Shown here piece by piece: positions 34,873 to 46,457 of a DNA stretch of 64,000 bases. The stretch's first letter is position 1. The number at the start of each line of letters is the position of its first letter. Origin of the DNA: Podarcis vaucheri (lineage: Eukaryota). The notes beneath the pieces are model-generated. The model saw nothing but the letters and a program-made list of their open reading frames with translations, searched no databases and was not told where the DNA came from. The position numbers and the translations under genes are program-made. The stretch lies in the NCBI GenBank assembly GCA_965113315.1, contig OZ220373.1; one strand, given 5' to 3'.

Positions 34873-37669
34873 AGTAAGATTTTAGTGTATATACATTCTC
34901 CTTTCCAGGTAGTTTATCCTGAAGGGGTAATTCAGATATTCACAAATGTTGATTCAGAATTCACATAAGGAACAGATATCAAAAAGAACCAGGCACACAG
35001 ACGTCCAGAAATAACAGAAGCATTATGCAGGCTTTTAGTCCATTAGTGGTTGAAAATACCACACTCTCTCCCACATATCTCCACTTCTTCCACTGAGGAG
35101 GCAGCTAATTTTGTTCTGAAAGGCTGGGGAAGGCATGTCAGAGTTATTTTGTTGGGTGGCAAGAGGTTGCTGGCCCAGTCTTCTCTGGCTTTCAGGAGAC
35201 TAGCAGCACACTTGTCCTCAGAGTGTGGACACCAGCAACCTAACACAATATATATATATGTATGAATATATACAGTGTGCGCACCCCCGCGCGCGCGCAC
35301 ACACACACACACACACACAGATATGCTATCATTGGACATTGTCCAGTGCCACAGCTTTAATTGGGTCCAGGAAGGAATTTTCCTATTTCAGACTACCAGC
35401 ACTAGAATTCTAGCTGGAGTTTTTTAGATCGCAATCCTGCACACAGGTAGGTCACTCATATCCTACCGAAATGAATGAAATTTACAGTGCAACCTTAATA
35501 TATCCCTCTCAGCAGTAGATGAATTCACAGACTTACTCCCAAGTAAATGGGTCTAGGATTGCAGCCTTAACTGTATACAGCTCTAATATGGAAACTGTCA
35601 ATTTGAAATACTACTTTGATATTATTATGGCTAACATTTTTGGTGCTGCTGCTTTTTACTTCTAGGACAACTGCACAGCCAGTGTACTAACTGAGGTGCC
35701 CATTCCAAAATATATTAATTGGCTTTCAGTTGGCAACCGGAAGGCTCTAGTAACACCACATCCATGGGGGAGGGCCTCAAGTACTGCCATGCAACAGACA
35801 GCATGAAGAAGAGGAAACCTGGCTCTTTGTGGCTCAGGTACAGATTGCTGTGTTTTTCACAGCATTTTAAACCAACCACGGTTCTTTTAGCCATTTGTAT
35901 AGAAAGTAAAGTATATATAAAGTAATGTTAAGATGTCTTAGACTTATCCGTTCATTAACTCTGCTGAAGTAGCATACAGGAAGTTGTGTTTTTAGACTTC
36001 AGACTAAAAGTATCACTTCACATCTTGAAATAATGTTTCACATTGCTGTTTCTGGATCCATTTTTAAAAAACAGAAGGCTAGTGTCACCAACAGTACACT
36101 ACAGATATGACTGTCTTCATTGAATAATTTTTATTAATATATCACCTGAGCTTGTTTAAAGAAACACATAGTAGGGGTTTTTTTCTTGACTCAAGAACCA
36201 TGAATAATTTGGGCTTTAAATTCATGGCAACCAGCCCTAAAGTAGAACAGATTTTTTGTTTTAAAAAACCCACTAAAAATAGAGATCAAATTCTTTAAAT
36301 ATATTTAATTTATGTAAATGTATATTGCAGCTACTTTAAATTCAGTCAAGTCACTAAGCTCATTAAAACAGTCTTTGATTTTGGGAATTAATGGAGCTTT
36401 CCACTGTTGAAGAATTAATTTTTTAGCTATCGAAAAAGCCCAAAGAAATCAACTCCTCTGAAAAGAGGGCAATTCAAAGATAGAAGTTTTATCGTTAAGA
36501 ATGGGAATAATAGGATGATGGATGACATTAACTTGTAACACAAATTCTGTTCTTTGGTATGAATGCATTGTGTCTACACATTTTTAATGTTAACACACAT
36601 CTTTTAAAAAACTGCTATGCTTGTTCTAGTAGTTCATTTCAAGATCTCAGGATAGCACTGCATGTGTGTAAATATATTTAAAGAGTTCCATGAAGTTTTA
36701 ACAGTTGTGTAAAATGAATAGCACCCTATTCTGCTTCATTTGCCACAAAACAACAGCCTGGAGTTTGCTTACAATTATATTTAAATTGACTACCTTTGAC
36801 AAGAGCTCTGTTTTCAGGCCAGGTAGGCTGCTGGAAAGAAAGGCAGGTAGCCAATGACACCTCCCTTCTCCTTATTAAGATTTGTGTAGACTTTCATGAT
36901 GGTGAGAAAGTTAAAAAGGTGTGTGTTTGTTTATTGAATGTATAGCCACCTTTTGACCAGAGTCATTAAAGCACTGATATGGAAGTTTGCACAGTTAGAC
37001 GAGCAAGAATGTGGTAAAATAGCAAGAGTTATGTGCATGCAACTTCCATCTGGATTGCTCTTTCTGAATTCCATTCTTCCTTATCACACTGGGTGTGCCA
37101 ATGAAATCCAATGTGTATATCAAAATATATATCAGTCCTGGTCCACTGACAGTGGGCATCTTATCCACCAAGCTTCTGTACCATAGTCCATAACATTGCA
37201 ACGCATTCCTCAGAGCCGTGTATGATACAGACCTTTCTTTCCACAGAGGAACAACTGCTACCTTCTGCCTCATATAGCAAGTTGGGTTCTCAGAGCACAC
37301 TGAGATATGCACCTTTTTATTGGTGGTGGTGAGAAAAATAAATAAATCACCACAAATAATGCCCAATACGTTTCAGAGAAACTTCCTCTCATAAGTAACA
37401 GGACATTTATGCAATAGAACATCTACAGCAAGAGTGGGGAATTGTTGTACGTCTGAGAGTTACAAACTCACTTAGCCAATTTTCCTGGGGCCACATGTCA
37501 GTCAGTCAAGAATCATATACGCACACATATATATCTCTCTCCATTCCAACCCAGCAAAAAGGCCTAAAGAGGTTGAAAGGTGGCCTGGGAAGGGGCATGG
37601 ATGGCAGGGGGAGATTCTACCCCATGAGTTGGAAAGCACCCACCCGCCATCAGCAGTTGGGCCCTAAAG

Positions 37670-37927
37670 CAGGGGTCAGCAAACTTTTTCAGCAGGAGGC
37701 TGGTCCACTGTCCCTCAGACCTTGGGGGGGGCAGGACTATATTTTTTTTTTTGGGGGGGGGAAATGAACCAATTCCTATGCCCCACAAAAAACCCAGAGA
37801 TGCATTTTAAATAAAAGGACACATTCTACTCATGTAAAAACATGCTGATTCCCGGACCGTCGGAGGGCTGGATTTAGAAGGCGATTGGGCCGGATCCAGC
37901 CCCCGGGTCTTAGTTTGCCTACCCATG
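37670..37927. mobile_element. hAT-type MITE
   Basis: TIR CAGGGGTCAGCAAACT/AGTTTGCCTACCCATG with perfect 8-bp TSD CCCTAAAG. Confidence 0.9.
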
Positions 37928-38146
37928 CCCTAAAGCATCCACTCACAATGTAAAAGAACAAGTCACAATGAATGCTATTGGTATTCTGGATTTTTCCTCT
38001 TCATCAAATGTAGTGAAACAGGAAACAGTAGTACCCATGATGGTGATGATGTGAAAATGCCAGAAATGCCTACAGACCCACAAGGAAACCTTCATCCACT
38101 CTGAGCAGTCATCATACAACATTCCCCCCCCCCCGCAGCAATAGCA

Positions 38147-38265
38147 ACAGGTGGGGGGAGCCTTTGGGCCTCCAGATGTGGCTGAACTCCCATCAGCCCC
38201 AGTATGCAAGGCCAGTGGCTGGGGATGATGGGAGTTGCAGTCTTGCCACATCTGGAGGGACGTAG
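38147..38265. mobile_element. Palindromic MITE
   Basis: CCTCCAGATGTGGC...CTCCCATCA pairs with TGATGGGAG...GCCACATCTGGAGG. Confidence 0.75.
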
Positions 38266-38332
38266 GCTATAATATAATGTATAAGCATGAGGATGATGAC
38301 CTGTGCATGCTAAAAATAAGAAGTGGGCTTAA

Positions 38333-38489
38333 TAAAAATAAAAAAATTCCTTCCAGTAGCAGTGTATCTGAAGAAGTGTGAATGCACACGAAAGCTCATA
38401 CCAAGAACTAACTTAGTTGGTCTTTAAGGTGCTACTGGAAGGAATTTTTTTATTTTGACTATGGCAGACCAACACCACTACCTACCTGT
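38333..38489. mobile_element. Penelope-like element remnant with inverted terminal segment
   Basis: CTGAAGAAG...CGAAAGCT and GTTGGTCTTTAAGGTGCTACTGG motifs. 38340-38361 is the inverted copy of 38430-38452. Flanked by 12-bp direct repeat AAGTGGGCTTAA. Confidence 0.75.
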
Positions 38490-39541
38490 AAGTGGGCTTA
38501 AGTGAGAATAAGTGACTGAAGGCTGAAGCCTGTCTCCTGGAAGGCCCCTTGTTCAACTCCTCCTGAAGTAAGACATTTTTCCTGCTTATGGGTATCACTG
38601 CACCTTGAGCAATTGCACTTCAGCAAAGAAGCAGCTATAGCTCAGTAGTAAAACTTTTGCTGCACATGCAGAAGGTTCGACGTTCAGTCTTCAAGTTAGG
38701 CTTGGTGAAAACCCTCCTGACACCCTCTTCCTGTCAGTGCAGAAAATGCTGAGCTGGATAGTCTAATGGCTTGGTTTCGTATAAAGCAGCTTCCTTATTT
38801 AATTGTTTTACTACCCTCCGCGCAAGAAAAGATTCACGCATTAACTACAGCTACACCAGCAGCACGTTCTAACATCTTCAAGATGAGCAGATTGCACGCA
38901 TCTGCTAGGAACAAGGCAGGTGACCACCGAAGAAACACACACGGATAGCTTGGCACAACTACTGAAAAAGAAACACAAATCCCCCCTCCCTTCACACAAT
39001 TAAATAATCAGAGAGACACGTTTAAATTCTAATTAAATAAATTCAGCAGCATATTGTAGACTGAATGTCCACACATGTTATATTCTGAAGTTTTTCTTTT
39101 TAAGGTAAAGACTTTATAATGAATGTTTTTTGTTATTCCTTCTACTATCCATTTAATGATGACTCGGCCCAACTAAACACAATGCCATTGAAAGAGATAC
39201 ATTTAACATGCCTAAACAAGCATGTTCTGTTATATAGCATCCTTTCTCTTTTCCCGCTATTGAGTTCCATATCTTGTATGTATAGAAAAGTATTTTCTCT
39301 TTTCTTTCTTTCTTTCTGGGTAGCAAATAAAACCGAAGACAAAGTTTTGCAACGTTGTTTGCTTCTCTTGAGCAGCTGCAGCAAAAAGGGGAACATTACA
39401 ACTGGTGATTAAGATCCATTTCTCACTAATCATAACCTTGCAACAAGGTTACTGAATGGAAGTAGAGGAAGGACAGATGGGAATAATTCTGAGTACATGG
39501 GCTTTAAAAGGAGAGCTACGACTCCCTTGTAAGACGTTAAG

Positions 39542-39544
<3 letters not shown>

Positions 39545-39620
<76 letters not shown>
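39545..39620. repeat. Compound (TC)n(GT)n microsatellite
   Basis: Direct reading. Confidence 0.95.
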
Positions 39621-39623
<3 letters not shown>

Positions 39624-39659
39624 TTTGAAACTGGCTCTTTTTACACATCTTTTGCCATA

Positions 39660-39917
39660 TAGTGGTACTTCGGGTTAAGAACTTAATTTGTTCTGGAGGT
39701 CCGTTCTTAACCTGAAACTGTTTTTAACCTGAAGCACCACTTTAGCTAATGGGGCCTCCCACTGCCACTGCACCACCGCCACGTGATTTCTGTTCTCATC
39801 CTGAAGCAAAATTCTTAACCCGAGGTACTATTTCTCGGTTAGCGGAGTCTGTAACCTGAAGCGTCTGTAACCTGAAGCATCTGTAACCTGAAGCGTCTGT
39901 AACCCAAGGTACTGCTG
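39660..39917. mobile_element. Tc1/mariner-type MITE (same family as 34169-34410)
   Basis: Degenerate TIRs, TA flanks, and 16-bp TGTAACCTGAAGCGTC tandem units. Confidence 0.88.
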
Positions 39918-39920
39918 TAA

Positions 39921-40048
39921 TAGGTATGGGGAAACTTCAGCCCTCCAGATGTTGCCAGACTACAACTTCTATCATCCCTGCCACTTGTTGGTGCTGCTGG
40001 GAGCTGAGGTTCAACAACATCTATAGAGCCCACATCTTCCCACCCCTG
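39921..40048. mobile_element. Palindromic MITE
   Basis: TAGGTATGGGGAA...CCCTCCAGATGTTG...CAACATCTATAGAG...TTCCCACCCCTG. Confidence 0.7.
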
Positions 40049-40310
40049 AGCTATAGTACTAGAAGTGGTCTAAACTGAATACTGCCCCCCCCTTTAATGT
40101 TCTACTTGCTGAAATGTACCCAAGGAGAAAAAAACAATGGTCACCAGACATATTATTCAGGGCTTTACCCATGAAGCTCATGAGCATTCATCTAAGTGTC
40201 CCTCTTATGCCTGATTATCCCTCTGGTTAACTATGGGGCCACATTGCCAGAGGTTGGTGGGACAATGGATGTGTCTCTTATCTTTTAAAAGTAGGGTACA
40301 GTCTACCCTT

Positions 40311-40314
<4 letters not shown>

Positions 40315-40359
<45 letters not shown>
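40315..40359. repeat. (TC)n microsatellite
   Basis: Direct reading. Confidence 0.95.
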
Positions 40360-40364
<5 letters not shown>

Positions 40365-43300
40365 TCTGCATGCACATCTTTCCATCCAGGCAAGCAAGAG
40401 GCATTATTCCAGTTCAAAGACATAAAAGTACTGCAGGAGGGTGTGGCATGGGGCCAGGGAAGGGTGTGGTCTCTGGGCAGAGATCTGGGGCCCAGATTAG
40501 GAGAGCTGAACTCAGCCATTGGGCCTGAGGTTAAACACCCGTGCTTTTGCTCTATGCAAGGCATTTCACAACCATGTCACAAGTGGCAGGTCAGTCAGCT
40601 GGCAGCCATTCCTAATAATTCATGCCTGTTTGTTTTTCACATTTTTTCCCTTCTTGTTGGGATGTCTGAGTAGCAGCGCTAATATTTCTGCCTTTCAACT
40701 CATGGAAATTTACTTGAAGCTTATCCTATACCTCCAAGGGCTATGTTCTACACCGAGGTATGTTGCATGCAGGATAAACTCTCTGCAAGGGTTTGAAGTG
40801 CAGAGTTCAACTTCCATTCACAGTTAAGGAACAAATTCAGCCCACAGACTACAACAGCTAAAGTCCTACACCAAATAAGTATTCTGCTCATGGACAGAAG
40901 TGGGAATCCTGAGCACTTGCTGAAATGTAGGACACTTTCATGATGCTACAAATTTACTCTGCCGCTACACTAATTGTGTTTATTGTTCCAATATAGTTGA
41001 AATCAGTAGACAAAAAGGAGGTACTCCCCCTCTCCCATTCTGTAATGAAATCATTCCTGAATCTTCCCACCAATGCACAACTCTAGCACACTGCTTAAGG
41101 CACATGACAAAATATCCATCTGAGAAAAATTAGCATAGTGCATCCTGGCCAAAACCTTCTCTGGAAACCACCTGGGTTTTTTTACACAAGTACAAAAGAT
41201 TCCTCTTCTTTGTCTGCTGCTATGATCTGTATTTTCCACATCCAGTTTAATTCTTAACATCTTCATTTGTGTATTTGTAAACAAATAAACAAACAGGGGG
41301 AAAGAGAGAGACTTGCAACATGTCATGCTGCATCCTACATTTACAGTATCTGATACTCCCAAATTCCTGCATCTCATGACATTCTATACCTAACAACTCT
41401 AAGAGATAAAGTTATAGACACTTCTGGTTTTGCAGCCAGCAAAAAGCCCTGCTTTATCTCACCGTCACTGCATCTCCTTATGCTCAGGCTTCAGAATATG
41501 AGAGAGTGACAGATAGATAACGAAAGCAGCAGCAGGATGAGGATTTGCTAACTTCTTACATCTGCTTGGAATGCCCGGCCACTGGGAGCCACAAACAGAT
41601 ACACTCGCAACTCTGAGCTAGAGTCCACAAAGGTACAGTAGCAGAGAAAATAAGAATTAGTAAGCACAATGTTGCATTTCAGTGAATTCCTTGTTGCAGC
41701 AGCATTCTGACGGGAATGGCTGCAAGGGGGAACGCTGCATGTTTCAGAGGTTTAGCAGTACAACGCAGGCTGCCATCCCATGTGAGCCCCAGTGAGGGCA
41801 GTGAGACAAGCCTCCACATAAAAACATGTAGTATTGTATTGCCAATCTCCACTTAAGACAAAAGTAGACCAGTGATAAATCTGGCCTTCAGCTCATCTTC
41901 ACACTACAAGTTGTTTTTTTTATCAGATGCATCTATATGTGTAAATATTGTACCGCCTTAAAATAAAAATAAAAAATAATAATTTTCAGTTGCAAGCCAA
42001 CTGTTTTCAAGTTGAAATTACTTTTAGATAAATGCCTGGCGGGAATAAATATGTGCTTGGATGTTCTAGCCCAGTTTGTTGGTATTCTTCTTTCAGGCAA
42101 CATAATAAAATCAAATGCAGATTCACAGCCATTCAGTCAGCACAGTAAATATTAACAGTTCCAGAAATGGGACATTTACTACCATTTACTCCCCACTACA
42201 TGAACTGCTCACCACTGTATGTGTACATAGGAACATGAAAAAGCAACCTTATATTAGGCGGTTTTCAACTAAGTTTTATTCAGAGTAGACCCACTGAAAT
42301 TAATAGAGATAACTTAGGAATGTTCATTAATTTCCATGGATGTACTCTGAATATAACTTAGTTGATTGACACTGACTGCCAGCAGCTCTTTCAACTTTCA
42401 GACAAGGAGTCTTTCACAGCCTTAGCAGGAGATGCTGGGGACTGAAGCTGGGACCATCTGGATACAGAGCAGATGATCTAACACGGAGTTACAGCCCTTT
42501 CCCCAAGTATTATGGTACTGCAGTAGACTGGCTATTCTATTACAGCGATTTCCCTAAATTACAGGCAGCAATCTGAAATGGGTTGCAGGGTTTAAAGCCT
42601 CACACAGCATGTGCCCAGAGATCTCAGCTATAATTTTTTTCACAGCAGTAGGACCAGGGATGACTCTTAAGAATGCCCATTAAAATCAAGTCCCAAAGTT
42701 TCACACCTTCCATATCTTGCTTGCCCCAAACCCATTCACTGCTACAACTATTGCAAACTCAGGCCACCAGTTCTCACTCATCTTGGTCTAAGCAACACCA
42801 AAGCTTCCCATTCTTCGCCTTCTCAGCTCTTTCGCAAGGTTAGCACTTTCCCTTGCAAATCCTCACAAACCCAAAGACCTGTGTCCCTCACCAATCCTGC
42901 CAACATAAGCACCCATGCACTGTCAGCCTTCTACATCCTTCACTATTCATTGCAAATTCTGACTTTAGTAAAGCACACACTCCTTTTTCTATGACTGTGT
43001 TCCAATCAGATTCAATCTGGATGAGGCTGAAGGAGAGGTACACACTAGCACCCACTGGGCTGCTTTGTATAGATTGTCTTAGGAGTGCTATGGGTTGTAT
43101 TCATGAGCCTGTGAAGGCCCTCCAGGCCTTATGCTTGTTAGCTCCATCCTAAACAAAAAATCATTCAGTTGATTCCTTCGATAGATCTCACTACACAATT
43201 GTTCCATTGGGTTATTTCATTAGGAACCAAAGCAATGCAGCATATTTTGATAGTGACCTAAACCTCCATACTGTGGGAAAGCACAATATAAGTATTTCCA

Positions 43301-43499
43301 CTGCAAGAGGCCCATATTAATGGGCTTTCTGGTGTGGATGTTAGTGAGTAGGGGGTGGGTTCTGAGCTTGTATAATCACATAATTGCACAAGTTGTCCTC
43401 CTCACAGCTGAGAAGGGGAGGGGCAGCTGATAAGCTATTTTGATCGTGGCAATACTTCAAAATGCAACTACTGGCTAGTTTGAGTCAGCATTATTATAG

Positions 43500-43846
43500 G
43501 TAAAGGTAAAGGGACTCCTGACCATTAGGTCCAGTCGTGGCCAACTCTGGGGTTGCAGAGCTCATCTCATTTTATTGGCCAAGGGAGCCAGTGTACAGCT
43601 TCCGGGTCATGTGGCCAGCATGACTAAGCCGCTTCTGGCGAACCAGAGTAGCACACAGAAACGCTGTTTACCTTCCCGCTGTTTACCTTCTACTTGCACT
43701 TTGACGTGCTTTCAAACTGCTAGGTTGACAAAAGCTGGGACCGAGCAACGGGAGCTCACCCCATTGTAGGGATTCGAACCGCCGACCTTCTGATTGTTAA
43801 GTCCTAGGCTCTGTGGTTTAACCCACAGCACCACCCGTGTCCCTTT
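43500..43846 (-). mobile_element. Sauria SINE with 13-bp TSD
   Basis: Similar to 9838-10188. TSD AGCATTATTATAG at 43487-43499 and 43847-43859. Confidence 0.93.
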
Positions 43847-44900
43847 AGCATTATTATAGTGGTACCACAATCCTCCCCACCTCATATTGTGCCATTTGAC
43901 TGTCCCGTTCTATCCCCAGACTCTCATTTTTGCCCAGGTAACTCAAGAAAAATGATCCTCTGTCATTCTCATCCAATAGCCTCTTGTGACACATTTCACA
44001 TATATTTTGAATATCTATTTAAGGTAATTACAAAAACAAAGAAAAACATAACTCTTGTGGTCAAAGTCAGCAAGCCCTCCATCGTAATATACCATTGCAA
44101 AATCACCATTTAAATATACTAGGTGAGACATTATATACATATCTTAGCTTGCAATCAGAGAGCAAATTTATTTTTCAGTGCTGAAGGCTAACTAAAAAGC
44201 CCCCCAACTTCATGCAGCAATAAGTTCTGTAGCAGACCACTTTAGGGTGGCTTGAGACTCTTCTGAAACAAAAAAGCTATAAGAAATCTGCAGTCCATAA
44301 AGCATACAGGTCAGCCATTCAAAATAATGAAAGGTACAGTTTAAAGAAGTTTGGCAAAGGTTTCTTGCATTCAGCAAAACTCAAAAGACAGAATCAAAAT
44401 TGAAAATTTGCTTCAAAATAGTTCAAATTTCTGTTGTTGAGAAATAATTGACAAATAAAGTAATTGTTCATTGGGAACAATTGCTAAGAAATTTTTTCCT
44501 GCTGGACTGATCCCACTAAGTTGATGGCCTCATGGCATCAATTCCACATATATGTTAAAGTACTTTAGTCGTTGCACATTCAATCACTTTTTTAAAAATG
44601 TCGGGTTTCCAGCGACTAATTAGTGCTTTCCCTTTAAAATACAATATTAAATTATCTTCCACTGTCGGCACTGCCATGCTTTTAAATTTAATCACAGTAT
44701 CCATGATCTGATATCACTAGGTTACAAAATTCTTTTTAAACAAAATGTTTACACTTTAAGCAGTTTTAATGAAATACAGTTTCATTCTCTTTGGTAGTTA
44801 ATGAGTCTATCAGGTTACCGTACCTCATTAACATTAACGATCATATTACTGTGATGTGAATTTATACATAAATGTATTTTTGGTTAAGTTCAATAGCTAC

Positions 44901-45200
44901 ATAGAATCATAGAATCATAGAGTTGGAATAGACCACAAGGGCCATCGAGTCCAACCCCCTGCCAAGCAGGAAACACCATCAGAACACTCCTGACATATGG
45001 TTGTCAAGCCTCTGCTTAAAGACCTCCAAAGAAGGAGACTCCACCACACTCCTTGGCAGCAAATTCCACTGTCGAACAGCTCTTACTGTCAGGAAGTTCT
45101 TCCTAATGTTTAGGTGGGATCTTCTTTCTTGTAGTTTGGATCCATTGCTCCGTGTCCGCTTCTCTAGAGCAGCAGAAAACAACCTTTCTCCCTCCTCTAT
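44901..45200 (-). mobile_element. 5'-truncated young CR1 LINE
   Basis: Reverse complement is near-identical to 23905-24212. Confidence 0.95.
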
Positions 45201-45398
45201 ATATACATATATATATACTCTATATATACATGCTACAGTAGTGGCAAGGATGCATATTCTAGACTGCATTTTAAGCTGTGTGATGTACAGAATGTCTAAG
45301 GCTCCTATGAACATTCCAGTTCACATTTTGAACACTGTAAACTGGGGTTGACAACTTATTTTGCCGTGGACAGCAAAATTGCTGCAAGTAATGTGTGT

Positions 45399-46442
45399 GA
45401 CCACAGCAAACTATGGCAAGTTCTTAAAGAAATGGGAGTGCCTGACCACCTCATCTGTCTCCTGTGAAATCTCTATGTGGGACAAGAAGCTACAGTTAGA
45501 ACTGGATATGGAACAACTGATTGGTTCCAAATTGGGAAAGGAGTACGGCAAGGCTGTATATTGTCTCCCTGCTTATTTAACTTATATGCAGAATTCATCA
45601 TGCGAAAGGCTGGGCTGGATGAATCCCAAGCCGGAATTAAGATTGCCGGAAGAAATATCAACAACCTCAGATATGCAGATGACACAACCTTGATGGCAGA
45701 AAGTGAAGAGGAATTAAAGAACCTTTTAATGAGGGTGAAAGAGGAGAGCGCAAAATATGGTCTGAAGCTCAACATCAAAAAAACGAAGATCATGGCCACT
45801 GGGCCCATCACCTCCTGGCAAATAGATGGGGAAGAAATGGAGGCAGTGAGAGATTTTACTTTCTTGGGCTCCATGATCAGTGCAGATGGTGACAGCAGTC
45901 ACGAAATTAAAAGACGCCTGCTCCTTGGGAGAAAGGCGATGGCAAACCTAGACAACATCTTAAAAAGCAGAGACATCACCTTGCCAACAAAGGTCCGTAT
46001 AGTAAAAGCCATGGTTTTCCCAGTAGTGATGTATGGAAGTGAGAGCTGGACCATAAAGAAGGCTGATCGCCGAAGAATTGATGCTTTTGAATTATGGTGC
46101 TGGAGAAGACTCTTGAGAGTCCCATGGACTGCAAGAAGATCAAACCTCTCCATTCTGAAGGAAATCAGCCCTGAGTGCTCACTGGAAGGACAGATCGTGA
46201 AACTGAGGCTCCAATACTTTGGCCACCTCATGAGAAGAGAGGACTCCCCGGAAAAGACCCTGATGTTGGGAAAGATGGAGGGCACAAGGAGAAGGGGACG
46301 ACAGAGAATGAGATGGTTGGATGGTGTTCTTGAAGCTACTAGCTTGAGTTTGATCAAACTGCGGGAGGCAGTGGAGGACAGAAGTGCCTGGCGTGCTCTG
46401 GTCCATGGGGTCACGAAGAGTCGGACACGACTAAACGACTAA
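45399..46442 (+). pseudogene. Truncated BovB reverse transcriptase C-terminal half
   Basis: 321-codon open frame from 45477. One upstream in-frame TGA (LL*NLY). No endonuclease or N-terminal RT. Confidence 0.9.
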
Positions 46443-46457
46443 ACAACAACAACAACA
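45399..46457 (+). mobile_element. 5'-truncated BovB (RTE clade) LINE
   Basis: RT motifs GVRQGCILSP and YADD, ORF end HGVTKSRTRLND, (CAA)n tail, and 9-bp TSD AATGTGTGT (45390-45398 and 46458-46466). Confidence 0.96.
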
